From positions 1,950,001-1,982,000 of the forward strand of contig OW818668.1 of assembly GCA_942493105.1 (NCBI GenBank): a DNA stretch of 32,000 bases, in the 5' to 3' direction. Numbering within the stretch: position 1 is the stretch's first letter; each line of letters starts with the position of its first letter. Under the pieces are notes generated by a model, which was given only the letters and a program-made list of their open reading frames with translations, searched no databases and was not told the origin of the DNA. This DNA is from an uncultured Erysipelotrichaceae bacterium (lineage in GTDB: Bacteria; Bacillota_I; Bacilli_A; Erysipelotrichales; Erysipelotrichaceae). This document shows, in pieces, positions 15,201 through 24,176 of this stretch. A program made the position numbers and the translations under genes.

Positions 15201-15293
15201 AGCTATTGTGTTAAAAGTCGGAATCTGTATAAAATTAACGCTTAAAAACATGATAACTATAATTTTCCATGCTTTGTTCGTACTGTGCCTCAT
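12249..15293 (-). CDS. Sensor protein: signal/TM, tandem beta-propeller (two-component regulator propeller repeats), Y_Y_Y Ig-like domain, TM, then cytoplasmic HD-GYP domain (putative c-di-GMP phosphodiesterase)
   Basis: There are many repeats of the type D..G.LW(I/V)GT..GL..(F/Y)D. After the TM segment (AYAIYIFIGFIILFMIF) come HD-GYP signatures (LIHDIGK, HHERLDGSGYP). The start is chosen at ATG 15293 after AAAGGGAG. The track start at 15329 has no RBS. Confidence 0.8.
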   Translation of the reverse strand: MRHSTNKAWKIIVIMFLSVNFIQIPTFNTIAFNDHLEFEQITSLEGLSHDTVYSITQDKLGFLWFGTEDGLNKYDGYHIEVYRGGQTSSSIGNANCSVIYVDENNNLWIASWGGGIQVLNPTTGLVKSYVHNDEDSSSISDNSVHSIYQDKSGTFWFGTYTKGLNKFDKKTETFKSFLHDDNTNSISDNRVWWISETQDGKLLLATNKGLDLFDPLTETFTHFNTIQNRVRTLYWDKDGVLWLGTQKGLCSLDPVTSETQCYYHTNGQSTEDVITSIYEDSVGNFWVGSSGGLNIFDKKTGLFTLMVHDDNDDGSIGNNDVRVIFEDQSGNLWVGTRGGGVSKINIKPRKFESYRSTSNVWYTLSDANIFSMMEDSQGVIWLGTNNGGLNKIDLQLKTQTYLLSDITKEENRDLSAIVEDGNSIWVGSLGGLNKINKVTNEWITYKNDEREDSLSHNTVLSVLKDHDGQLWVGTLQGLNLYDAQNDRFIRYYSDPKNKETLSSDTINVLFEDHEGNLWIGTNSGLNKMNRLNGKVTRYLYQTSGDNSISDNIIHSITEDADHHLWIGTQYGLNQFDIETGLFKLYTTEDGLPNNTIRSIQVDSSGLLWISTNKGISTLNVDRTIFTNYDLLDGMQGNGYNNNASTITKNGILLFGGPNGFDVIDPSKVSKSTYLPPMVITGFKVMNQTIDYRNELFNQGKISLNYKQKNIHVEFASLDYTIPNRNQYAYKLEGVDQDWILIGSRNFLDYSNLPIGNYTLKIKGTNSDGIWNEEGLSISLIISPPWWLTTGAYAIYIFIGFIILFMIFKLISDRKEERNLKLTKMLNESINVLSRIGEMRDVYTAGHQRRVQQLSCAIASEMGLSQDRITNINFGSLIHDIGKIMIPADYLNKPGKLSELEFTILQTHVTQGHEIIEDINFPIEVSDIVCQHHERLDGSGYPNKLVGDQIRLESRIVAVADSVEAMSSDRPYRAALGIDAALDEILRHKGTKFDADVVDTCVKLFKQKGFKFNQD

Positions 15294-15343
15294 TGGTGCT
15301 CCCTTTGTACTAATTTCTTCATTTATCATTTGGTTATGAATTC

Positions 15344-16288
15344 TTAAAGTAAAGTTCTATTTGGAGTACTGATTAACACAATCCCATGTCCATTTAGGAT
15401 TATGCTTCTTGAGTTATGGGTAATGATCGCATGTTCGCCTTTAGTAAAGCAGATATCATTGATGGTCAGTTCGCCTTCTATACAACCGATAAGTGAAAAC
15501 TCACCTTCAAGATCATAATTCAATAAACCACGATTTTCAATCTTTGTAAGTGAGAAATATTTACTGTTGACTAAGGTTGTTATTGTGGCAGAAGGAAGAT
15601 GATTGATGAGTGGCACAGGTTTGATTTGAGTTGAGTTCGATTTGATCACGTCCAAGCCTTTTTCCAAATGAAGTTGACGAGGGTTTCCTTGTTTGTCCAC
15701 TCGTCCATAATCATATAAACGATAGGTCACATCTGAATTCTGTTGGACTTCATACAAAAGAGTATTGGCACAAATCGCATGAACTGTACCTGCTGGGATA
15801 TAAAAGAAGTCCCCTTTTTGTATCTCAACAACATTTAATTGATCTATTATCGTTCCATTATGTGCCGCATCAACCAATGTTTGATGGCTTGAAGCATGAT
15901 GATCAATGATCAAAGGAGTTTTTGGCGGGCAATCTAAGATATACCAGCATTCTGTTTTTCCGTAGGATTGTTCATGAAGCAAAGCATATTCATCATCAGG
16001 GTGAACTTGAATACTTAAATTTTGATTGGCGTCGATGATCTTGACCAATAAGGGAAATTTCTTATTGTCTCCTTGACCAAAAATATGGCGATGTTGGGCA
16101 TAGACTTGAGATAATGCTTGTCCTGTATATTCACCAGTTGTAAATAAACAATCTCCGTTTTGATGGGCACTGATGACCCAAGCCTCTCCTATTTGATTAG
16201 AGGTAAACGAAAAATCAAATTCTGTTTTAAGTTTATTCCCTCCCCAAATCATTTCTTTGAATACTGGAGCTAATTTATAGATTGCCAT
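15344..16288 (-). CDS. manA: Mannose-6-phosphate isomerase, class I (Firmicute type)
   Basis: Start at ATG 16288 (MAIYKLAPVFKEMIWGGNKLK) after AAGGAGGAACT. The cupin motifs QVHPDD and ECWYIL are typical of type I PMI. Confidence 0.8.
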   Translation of the reverse strand: MAIYKLAPVFKEMIWGGNKLKTEFDFSFTSNQIGEAWVISAHQNGDCLFTTGEYTGQALSQVYAQHRHIFGQGDNKKFPLLVKIIDANQNLSIQVHPDDEYALLHEQSYGKTECWYILDCPPKTPLIIDHHASSHQTLVDAAHNGTIIDQLNVVEIQKGDFFYIPAGTVHAICANTLLYEVQQNSDVTYRLYDYGRVDKQGNPRQLHLEKGLDVIKSNSTQIKPVPLINHLPSATITTLVNSKYFSLTKIENRGLLNYDLEGEFSLIGCIEGELTINDICFTKGEHAIITHNSRSIILNGHGIVLISTPNRTLL

Positions 16289-16490
16289 AGTTCCTCCTTG
16301 ATGCAACTTTATCGTGCCTAACAAATCCAGTTAAGACAGTTGTTTCCGTCATCAAAATTATAACATGCTAGACATTTGAAACTTAATTAAGTTGAGTATA
16401 CATGTTTGTGTTCAATGAACAACACTTACAGTCATTTTACTTGGTGAATCCTTGTTTATCGCCTAAACTAATCTTAAAGGAGGCTTATTT

Positions 16491-17300
16491 ATGAACTATA
16501 TAACTCTAAATACTGGTATTAAGATCCCTTTGGTCGGATCAGGAACCAACACTTTTGGTAAAGAAAACTATGATTTTAAAGGTGCCATCAACAATGATAC
16601 GAAAGAAATCGAAAGTGCACTGCGCATTGGTTATACTTTGCTAGATACCGCTGTTTCATATCGAAACGAAAGCGTCATAGGATTAGCAGTCAAAAGATCA
16701 GGTTTGGATCGCTCGAAAGTATTTCTGACTTCAAAAATCCCAGGATCAGCTGAATACACAGAAACGAATCAAAAAGTCGAAGAAACCATCCTTGCTAGTC
16801 TAAAAGCACTGGATACAGATTATATCGACCTCTATTTGATTCATCATCCTTGGGATAATTATGAAGACATTGGTAGAGTTTGGAAGGTACTAGAAAGCTA
16901 TGTTGATAAAGGGTTACTAAAAGCCATAGGTGTATCCAATTTCAAAGTTGAGCCACTAGCTTATCTTTTAGAACACAGTCGCATCAAACCAGCCATCAAT
17001 CAAATTGAATCTCATCCAAGTTTATGGCAAGATGACTTGATTGAATTCTGTCAAAAAAATAACGTCGTTGTACAAGCATGGAGTCCAATTAAAAAGGTAT
17101 CTGAAGAAGCAAAGGCCAAACTTGAACTTATCGGTTCAAAGTATAACAAAACTTGGGCACAGATTGTGTTGGCTTATCAGGTCCAAAGAAATGTCGTGGT
17201 GATTCCAAAGTCTACTGATCCTGTTAGGCAAAAACAAAATCTAGAACTCTTTGATTTCACATTAAGTGATGCAGATAAAGAAATCATCAAAGCATTATAA
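16491..17300 (+). CDS. Aldo/keto reductase (2,5-diketo-D-gluconate reductase-like)
   Basis: 269 aa with AKR motifs (LDTAVSYRNE, DLYLIHHP, IGVSNF, NQIESHP, VVIPKS). AAAGGAGG RBS. Confidence 0.85.
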   Translation: MNYITLNTGIKIPLVGSGTNTFGKENYDFKGAINNDTKEIESALRIGYTLLDTAVSYRNESVIGLAVKRSGLDRSKVFLTSKIPGSAEYTETNQKVEETILASLKALDTDYIDLYLIHHPWDNYEDIGRVWKVLESYVDKGLLKAIGVSNFKVEPLAYLLEHSRIKPAINQIESHPSLWQDDLIEFCQKNNVVVQAWSPIKKVSEEAKAKLELIGSKYNKTWAQIVLAYQVQRNVVVIPKSTDPVRQKQNLELFDFTLSDADKEIIKAL

Positions 17301-17420
17301 ACATATCTGATTTTGTAAATAAGACCCCCTGCACGACACCAAGTGGTATAGTATAAGGAGGTCTTGTTTTATTGATATACTATTTGTAGTGAATATATTT
17401 CACTAAAATTAAGGAGCATT

Positions 17421-17771
17421 ATGGAAACATTAAAAGTATTATTTCATGTGGATGAGATGAATAAATGGAAGCTTACGCTTGCCAACATCAGTAACTTATT
17501 GGTTGCTTTGAATGATCGAAACCTAGTTGTCGAAGTAGTAGCAAATTCTGAAGCAGTTCTGCTTTATGTCGATAAATCAGAAAACCTTGAGCCTAAAGAG
17601 AAGATCAGTCAATTGATTCAGCAAGGTGTTCGCTTCGTCGCATGCAATAATGCTTTGACTGCATATCAGATCGATCCTAAGTCCATCTTCTCAAATATAG
17701 ACATCGTCAAAGCCGGAGTTGCAGAATTGGTGCTTCGCCAATACGAAGGATTTGCTTACTTAAAACCTTAG
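17421..17771 (+). CDS. DsrE/DsrF-like family small protein
   Basis: 116 aa. The pattern KVLFHVDE...VVANSEAV...FVACNNAL resembles DsrE-like/COG1416 proteins. AAGGAG RBS. Confidence 0.45.
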   Translation: METLKVLFHVDEMNKWKLTLANISNLLVALNDRNLVVEVVANSEAVLLYVDKSENLEPKEKISQLIQQGVRFVACNNALTAYQIDPKSIFSNIDIVKAGVAELVLRQYEGFAYLKP

Positions 17772-17779
17772 AATTCTAT

Positions 17780-17806
17780 GAGAAACATTGTGTTTCTCTT
17801 TTTTTA
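17780..17806 (+). terminator. Intrinsic terminator
   Basis: GAGAAACA-TTG-TGTTTCTC is a perfect 8-bp stem followed by TTTTTTT. Confidence 0.7.
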
Positions 17807-17913
17807 TTTTATCCGTAAATTTTGTTTAAAAATCAATCGATGTAAATTATTTCATAATGATGAAAATTTTTCTTTACATCTTGTAAGTGTTTTGATAAAC
17901 TAGCAATTAAGAT

Positions 17914-18075
17914 TGATAGAGGCGCGTTTGAGATGAGTAGTTAAGGGAGAGGTCACTCTAAGAACTTAACGAAAGGCAAGAATGCCGAAACCATTGGATT
18001 GAAACCCAATGAGTTGGTGCTTGAAGGAATACTTCAAGGACTCCTGTTCCAAAAGAACAGAGGAGCTATTGATGT
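17914..18075 (+). promoter_or_regulatory. Lysine riboswitch (L-box) aptamer
   Basis: The conserved L-box blocks appear in order: AGAGGCGCG...GAGATGAGTAG, GAAAGGC, GCCGAAA, TGG, ACTCCTGT and GGAGCTAT. Paired helices are visible between them (CCATTGGATT/AACCCAATGAG, CTTGAAGG/ACTTCAAGG, CTGTTC/GAACAG). Confidence 0.8.
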
Positions 18076-18094
18076 GGACCTTGTTTAAAATGGG

Positions 18095-18121
18095 TTGCAT
18101 CGGTAGATGCAATCTTTTATT
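18095..18121 (+). terminator. Riboswitch expression-platform terminator
   Basis: TTGCATC-GGTA-GATGCAA followed by TCTTTTATTT, 20 nt before the permease RBS. Confidence 0.65.
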
Positions 18122-18141
18122 TACTCAAGGAGGACCTAACA

Positions 18142-19518
18142 ATGAGTAATCAAAATCGGCATCTTCAGGAATTAAGCAGTACAGAAACCCCTTTAGCCAG
18201 AGAAATCAGTTTATTTGGAGGGGTCAGTATCCTTGTGGGAATCATGGTTGGCTCAGGTATTTTCTATTTAGGGTCGTATGTGTTTATTTATGCAGGAAAT
18301 TCTCAAGGGTTGGCTTTGTTGGCGTGGGTCGTTGGAGGTGCTGTGACTTTGATTTCAGGTTTATGTTATGCTGAATTAGGAGCCATGATGCCTAGAGCTG
18401 GTGGCAGTTATGTTTACCTGCGTGAAGCCTATGGTAAAGCTGTAGCCTTTATGAGCGGCTTCAGTGGATTCATCTTGGGTAGTTCAGGTTCGATTGCTGC
18501 TTTGGCTCTTGCTTTTGCGACAATTCTCAGTAATTTTATAGCCATTGATGCAACGATTCAAAAAGTTGTTGCAGTAAGTTTGATTGTCTTATTGACACTC
18601 ATCAACTATTATGGAGTTAAGTTTGGATCTTGGGTTCAAAATCTATTTACGGTTGCGAAACTTATTCCAATCTTGATCATCTTAGGTTTTGGATTGATTC
18701 TAGGAACTCAAACTCCAGATTTATCATTAGGTGATTTAAGTTTAGGCAATATTTCAGCAGTTATATCCATGGTTGCGATGGGTGTTGTGGCAACCTTATG
18801 GGCTTATGAAGGTTGGACCAATCTGAATACGGTATCCGAAGAATTAAAGAATCCAAAAAGAAACTTGCCTTTAGCTTTGATCATTGCGATTGCGTGCGTA
18901 ACTGCATTATATGTCTTGTTTAATTTTGCGATCTATCGCGTCCTAAGTCTTCAAGAAATCATAACTTTAATTGAAAATGGTGACTTCTTCTTAGGAACAG
19001 CCGTAGCTCAAAATGTATTGGGCAGTTTAGGATCAATCTTGGTTGGTTTAGGGATGTTGATTTCGGTGTTTGGGGCGACCAATGGTTGTGTCATGGTGTT
19101 TCCAAGAAGTTACTATGCCATGGCAAAAGATGGTTTATTCTTCAAAAGCATCGGCTATATCAATCCAAAAACAAAGACACCAACCAATGCGATCTTATTA
19201 TCAGCAATCGTATCCATCATCCTTGTCTTCTTCCGTAATTTAAATCAGTTGACTTCACTGGTTGTTCTACAAGGTTTGATTTTCAATGGTTTGATCTTCT
19301 TATCTGTCATTATTTTTAGAAAGAAATTTCCTACTTTGGAAAGACCTTATCGTGTATGGGGTTATCCTGTGGTTCCGATTTTAGCAGCCTTGGTCATGGT
19401 TGGCTTATTGGCAAATACCTTGTTGACCAGTGATTTCAACAATACCGTCATTTCCTTAGCGATCCCTGCCTTGGCTTATGTGATTTATCTTTTCATCCCC
19501 AAAACAAAAACCCAATAG
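18142..19518 (+). CDS. APC-superfamily amino acid permease (probably lysine-related, given the L-box)
   Basis: 458 aa, about 12 TM helices. The N-terminal motif (GVSILVGIMVGSGIFYLGS) and the segment WAYEGW are typical of APC/LAT-type transporters. Confidence 0.8.
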   Translation: MSNQNRHLQELSSTETPLAREISLFGGVSILVGIMVGSGIFYLGSYVFIYAGNSQGLALLAWVVGGAVTLISGLCYAELGAMMPRAGGSYVYLREAYGKAVAFMSGFSGFILGSSGSIAALALAFATILSNFIAIDATIQKVVAVSLIVLLTLINYYGVKFGSWVQNLFTVAKLIPILIILGFGLILGTQTPDLSLGDLSLGNISAVISMVAMGVVATLWAYEGWTNLNTVSEELKNPKRNLPLALIIAIACVTALYVLFNFAIYRVLSLQEIITLIENGDFFLGTAVAQNVLGSLGSILVGLGMLISVFGATNGCVMVFPRSYYAMAKDGLFFKSIGYINPKTKTPTNAILLSAIVSIILVFFRNLNQLTSLVVLQGLIFNGLIFLSVIIFRKKFPTLERPYRVWGYPVVPILAALVMVGLLANTLLTSDFNNTVISLAIPALAYVIYLFIPKTKTQ

Positions 19519-19526
19519 GAGGTTCT

Positions 19527-21131
19527 ATGAGACAATTGCTTTATAACGGTCACATTTATCAACAACGTGGCCAATTCACTTCTGCACTATTGATTGAAGA
19601 CGGCTACATCTTAAAGTGTGGTTCGGATGAAGAACTTTTAGCGCATAAGGATCAAGAAATAACATTGATCGATCTGCAAGGCAAAACTGTATTGCCTGGA
19701 TTCAATGATTCTCATCTGCATTTCTACATGAGTTCAGTGGCTTTTCAAACCGTTGAACTTTATGGGGCAACTTCCATTGATATGATCATTGAGCGTGCCA
19801 AAGAATATTTGCGCATTCATCCAGAAGCTCAAGGAAAAGCCTTGTTTGGCAGAGGCTGGAATCAAGATTATTTTGAGACAGAACAACGTTTGATCAACAG
19901 ACATGATCTTGATCGTATCAGCACAGACTTCCCTGTTGTTTTCTCAAGAGCTTGCGGGCATGTCGTGTCTGTCAACTCAAAAGCACTTGAGGTCTTAGGC
20001 ATCAATGGCTTTACCCCTCAGGTTGATGGTGGACAGTTTGATTTGGATGATGAGAATCAACCCAATGGTGTCTTTAGAGAAAACGCAATTGGCTTACTGG
20101 CTTCTTTGCGTGCTCCTTTATCCAGTCAAGATCGTTTAGATTTACTCCACAGCATCAGTAAAATCGCCAATCAATACGGGATCACTTCTGTACAAACCAA
20201 CGATATCACTGTGGGAACAGATGAAGGCACGGCCATAGAAGAAACTTATCGGCACTATGCAGCACTCAATCCAACTGTTCGCATTTATCATCAGCTTTGT
20301 TTCACTGATATTGAAACCTTACAAACAAGAATCCAAAATGGTTATCATCAAGGTGAAAATCAATTCAATCGATATGGCCCACTTAAAATATTCGTGGATG
20401 GTTCTTTAGGGGCAAGGACAGCTAAAATGCGTCAGCCTTATCACGATGATCCAAGTACCCAAGGTATAGAATGCATGACTTCAAGTGTCCTAGATGAATT
20501 CGTCAATTGTGCAGATTCAAACAACATCCAAGTTGCGATCCATGCGATAGGTGATGGAGCCATGACTCAAGTCCTAAATGCTTATCAAAAAGTCATACAA
20601 ACAGAAAACAAAAATAGACATGGTATTATTCATTGTCAAATCACAGATATGCCTATTTTAAATCGATTTAAAGCCCTTGATATCTTAGCTTATGTTCAAC
20701 CCATCTTCCTTCATTACGACATGCATATCGTAGAAGATCGCGTAGGGCAAGGTCTTGCGTCTACCTCCTATGCGTTTGGAACCATGGAAAAACTAGGGTT
20801 GCATGTTGCATATGGAACAGATTCTCCTGTAGAAGGTCTCAATGTCTTCCACAATATACATTGCGCCATTAATAGACAAGATTTAAAATCTTTCCCTGAA
20901 AATGGATTTTATCCCCAAGAAAAAGTCGATTTAGAAACAGCGATCGATAACTTGACTCTAGGTGGTGCTTATGCAAGCTTTGAAGAAAATCATAAAGGAA
21001 GACTGCTTCCTGGTTATATGGCTGATTTGATCGTACTCGATCAACCACTCTTCCAATTAGACCATCATCAAGTTAAGGATGTTGAAGTGACGATGACCAT
21101 GGTCAATGGACAAATCGTCTATTCTCGATAA
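19527..21131 (+). CDS. Amidohydrolase family protein (YtcJ-like metal-dependent hydrolase)
   Basis: 534 aa with PGFNDSHLHF (HxH metal site), AIHAIGD, GTDSPVE and a C-terminal ADLIVLD. It is translationally coupled to the permease (8-nt gap, AGGAGG RBS). Confidence 0.8.
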   Translation: MRQLLYNGHIYQQRGQFTSALLIEDGYILKCGSDEELLAHKDQEITLIDLQGKTVLPGFNDSHLHFYMSSVAFQTVELYGATSIDMIIERAKEYLRIHPEAQGKALFGRGWNQDYFETEQRLINRHDLDRISTDFPVVFSRACGHVVSVNSKALEVLGINGFTPQVDGGQFDLDDENQPNGVFRENAIGLLASLRAPLSSQDRLDLLHSISKIANQYGITSVQTNDITVGTDEGTAIEETYRHYAALNPTVRIYHQLCFTDIETLQTRIQNGYHQGENQFNRYGPLKIFVDGSLGARTAKMRQPYHDDPSTQGIECMTSSVLDEFVNCADSNNIQVAIHAIGDGAMTQVLNAYQKVIQTENKNRHGIIHCQITDMPILNRFKALDILAYVQPIFLHYDMHIVEDRVGQGLASTSYAFGTMEKLGLHVAYGTDSPVEGLNVFHNIHCAINRQDLKSFPENGFYPQEKVDLETAIDNLTLGGAYASFEENHKGRLLPGYMADLIVLDQPLFQLDHHQVKDVEVTMTMVNGQIVYSR

Positions 21132-21147
21132 ATTTATCTCAAACTAG

Positions 21148-21177
21148 CCCAGATCAGTGATTGATTTGGGTTTTTTA
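21148..21177 (+). terminator. Intrinsic terminator of the permease/amidohydrolase operon
   Basis: CCCAGATCA / TGATTTGGG stem (one G-U pair) followed by TTTTTT. Confidence 0.6.
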
Positions 21178-21259
21178 TTAAACGTGTGAATAGTGTTATC
21201 TATCCAATTTGGGTTAAAGTTAAATCAGTGTTAAAATGGAAGTGCAAAGAAGGAGAAAC

Positions 21260-22468
21260 ATGAAATTTATCACGAAAGTTATTGTTGTCTTGATTGTTTT
21301 GACTTTGACAATCGGAGCAACAGCCTATTACGAAATCCAACATATCATTAAAAGTGATCCACAAACTCAAATCTTTAGTTTCAATAATGCAGGTATTACG
21401 TATAAAACAGCCACGATAAAATATCGTATTCTTGGAGGTTTGATCCCCTTTGATCATACTTTTACCCAAGCTAATGTGGCTACTCTTTATACGGATCAAA
21501 TTCTTAACACATTGGTTGTCAATGATGATACTCAGGTAAAAATCACAACGCCTGATCAAAAGATCATTTCATCTCTAGGGAGTCAAACACTTGCTTTTGA
21601 AGAAGATGGCAGATACAAAATTGAATTGCGACATCAACAAGATGAGTCCCTTTCATATTATGAATTCTTGGTAGATGTTGAAATTATACCCAACATTTCA
21701 ATCAGTAACCTTAATCCTTCTCAAGGAGAAATATTGATCATCGATATAAAAAACATTAGACAAAATAGTACCATAGAAATACAGAATCAATTCAGTCCAT
21801 CCGCGATATCACAAGGCTCTCATATGGCTCGGTTTTATTTGCCTATGGAATTTAAAACTGCAGCCAATACCTATCCCCTTACGATTACCATCAATGGAAA
21901 GGCATACGAGTTTAATCTTGATGTCAAAGCCTATGAATTTAATAAACAGTATTTCTCGATTGATGCAGACATCATCAAAAATACATCAGGTAACCCTATC
22001 GCTGTCAATGAATTCAAAGCTACGATCCATCCTTTGTATGAAACAGCCGAACCTGTAGAATACTGGCAAGGCAATTTCATTATCCCGGTGAATAACGCCC
22101 GAATCTCTTCTAATTTTGGAGACATGCGTTACATCAATGGTTCCAAAACCCCATCAAGACATGGTGGTATCGATTATGCGATCAGTTGTGGTACTGATGT
22201 TTCTGCCAGTAATTTTGGCAAAGTTGATTATGCAGGGTTCTTGATCTTAACTGGAAACACAGTGGTGATCGATCATGGACTAGGACTTAAAACTCATTAT
22301 TTGCATATGAAAGATCTTACTGTAAAAACCGGAGATCTCGTTGATAAGGGACAAATCATTGGACATGTGGGAACAACAGGTGTTTCTACTGGCTGCCATT
22401 TACATTTTCAAGCCATGATCAAGACTCAGCAGTTTAACCCAACTTTTCTCTATAAAATTGAACAGTAA
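21260..22468 (+). CDS. M23 family (LytM-type) peptidase with N-terminal membrane anchor
   Basis: Start at ATG 21260 (MKFITKVIVVLIVL) after AAGGAGAAAC. The C-terminal region has the M23 motifs HGGIDYA, DHGLGLKTHYLHM and GCHLHF. Confidence 0.85.
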   Translation: MKFITKVIVVLIVLTLTIGATAYYEIQHIIKSDPQTQIFSFNNAGITYKTATIKYRILGGLIPFDHTFTQANVATLYTDQILNTLVVNDDTQVKITTPDQKIISSLGSQTLAFEEDGRYKIELRHQQDESLSYYEFLVDVEIIPNISISNLNPSQGEILIIDIKNIRQNSTIEIQNQFSPSAISQGSHMARFYLPMEFKTAANTYPLTITINGKAYEFNLDVKAYEFNKQYFSIDADIIKNTSGNPIAVNEFKATIHPLYETAEPVEYWQGNFIIPVNNARISSNFGDMRYINGSKTPSRHGGIDYAISCGTDVSASNFGKVDYAGFLILTGNTVVIDHGLGLKTHYLHMKDLTVKTGDLVDKGQIIGHVGTTGVSTGCHLHFQAMIKTQQFNPTFLYKIEQ

Positions 22469-22507
22469 AGACTGATATGATTCAAAAACTTTAAGCGTTT
22501 CCCTTTT

Positions 22508-22789
22508 TTAGAAAAATCTTGAAGTGATATAAACTCCTAACCAAAATATATTGATGATGATCATCACCGGAACGCCTTGATTAAATAAGATTTTTTTGGT
22601 TTTATGATGAAAATGCATCATCCCCAAATAAACACCGATACTTCCTCCAAACAAGGCAATAAGTAAAAGCGTCTTTTCAGATATTCTATAAGACTGCTTT
22701 TGAGCATAACTTTTATCCATACCCATTAAGGTAAACCCTAACCCATTGATTAAAACGATGATCCCAAAGATCAAAATGAAGTCTTGCAT
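22508..22789 (-). CDS. DUF1294 family small membrane protein
   Basis: Start at ATG 22789 (MQDFILIFGI...). YRISEKTLLLIALFGGSIGVYLGMMHFHHKTKK matches the DUF1294 signature as I remember it. The longer track ORF overlaps the upstream gene. Confidence 0.65.
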   Translation of the reverse strand: MQDFILIFGIIVLINGLGFTLMGMDKSYAQKQSYRISEKTLLLIALFGGSIGVYLGMMHFHHKTKKILFNQGVPVMIIINIFWLGVYITSRFF

Positions 22790-22793
22790 AGGA

Positions 22794-24068
22794 TTACCTT
22801 CCAAAAATACACTTCCAGAAATCTTCAATTCTTCCATATCTTTTTGCGAGTTCGAGAGCAGCTTGATTATCCCCTTCAATATACCTTATCATCCAATATC
22901 CTTCTTCTTCACACAGTGAATCATGAAGTGGAAAGACCTCGCGCTCAAGATACAAAGTGTACATTACCAATTCAAAAGGTCCTACAGGTCTGCATGATTC
23001 ATTGGGGATGTTTTCTACCGCAACACTATTACATGACTTGATGGCATCGATCACATCCTCTCGTTGATTGGATTTCGCAAATACGACGGTATAAAACCAA
23101 CCAAACAGTTCATTGAAACACCCATGAGCGTCAGAAACCCCAACGATGGGGACTGATTTCCCTTTGGATCTTTCTTCATGATAACGAGCAATTTGAATGG
23201 TGTTTGATGCTTCTTCATAAGGACGATACCCACCAATCACTTCTAGGGCATCATAGGGTTGATGGTTCATCATATACGTGTTAACTTCTTCAGATATATA
23301 ATAGCCTGAATCAATTTGCCAATATGGATGACAGAAAATAGCTAAGCCATGTCCCTCCCGTATCTTTTCAAATATTACTTCACTGCAAGCACCCTCAAAG
23401 CGAGACTTTTCATCGTTGACTTCAAAGTTTTTCGCCATCTTGGTTTCTATCATTTTATTAAGTGTATCTTGGTTATCCGCCATCCACTCATTGACACTAA
23501 AGTCTCCTCCAAAATTGATGATATGAACTGAATTATTTCGGCCATGAACTTCTTCACCAGTTTCAATCGACATATTTAGATTCAAATCTTTAAAAGCGGT
23601 TTGAGCTTCTAAAGAAGGTGCATATTGGCCATGATCAGTGATGGCCATGAAATCAAGGCCGATCTTGCGACACATCGCTGTCACAAAAACTGGCTCCTCG
23701 CGTCCATCTGAACGTGATGTATGCATATGTAAGTCACCTTTATAGGGATTAAGTTTCCACAGGTCTTCAAAAACTGAATACAATCTAAATTCTATGGTTT
23801 CATGATTTGGTATGGTCATTTCAATTTTATGTTCTTGTTGACCTTTAAATAGTAGTGTAAATGAAAGCCGTCCAAAGATTGGATACACCATCTGATCAAG
23901 TGCAGCTTCATAAGCGCCTAAATGTGATTGTCTTCTTAGCGGAGTATGTCGAATCAAGATCAACTGATCATCATTAAAGATAAAGTCCTTACTGATCGAT
24001 GTAATGGTAATGGTGGCCGATGTATCACTTAGGATAATTTTCGGTAAGATTTCAAAACGTTGATCCAT
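22794..24068 (-). CDS. PHP-domain metal-dependent phosphoesterase with an N-terminal extra domain
   Basis: 424 aa with GDLHMHTSRSDG and AITDHGQ (PHP motifs I/II), a later HIINFGG and SDAHG. GAGGT RBS. Confidence 0.65.
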   Translation of the reverse strand: MDQRFEILPKIILSDTSATITITSISKDFIFNDDQLILIRHTPLRRQSHLGAYEAALDQMVYPIFGRLSFTLLFKGQQEHKIEMTIPNHETIEFRLYSVFEDLWKLNPYKGDLHMHTSRSDGREEPVFVTAMCRKIGLDFMAITDHGQYAPSLEAQTAFKDLNLNMSIETGEEVHGRNNSVHIINFGGDFSVNEWMADNQDTLNKMIETKMAKNFEVNDEKSRFEGACSEVIFEKIREGHGLAIFCHPYWQIDSGYYISEEVNTYMMNHQPYDALEVIGGYRPYEEASNTIQIARYHEERSKGKSVPIVGVSDAHGCFNELFGWFYTVVFAKSNQREDVIDAIKSCNSVAVENIPNESCRPVGPFELVMYTLYLEREVFPLHDSLCEEEGYWMIRYIEGDNQAALELAKRYGRIEDFWKCIFGR

Positions 24069-24176
24069 ACTTGTACCTCATAAATTTGTCATTATTATAC
24101 CATGAGCTTCATCCTTCATTTGTCGCTTACTGTCTTAAATGCTATAATCGAAAAGGACAAACACAAGGAAAATCGT

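Noticed and set aside
17300-17420. A terminator or regulatory hairpin after the aldo-keto reductase gene (AAGACC...GGTCTT)
   Set aside because: The stem is only 5-6 bp with a roughly 35-nt loop, so it is not a convincing intrinsic terminator or known leader.
21200-21559. 119-aa minus-strand ORF
   Set aside because: It is antisense to the well-supported M23 peptidase gene and spans its promoter and RBS. The composition is odd and there is no RBS.
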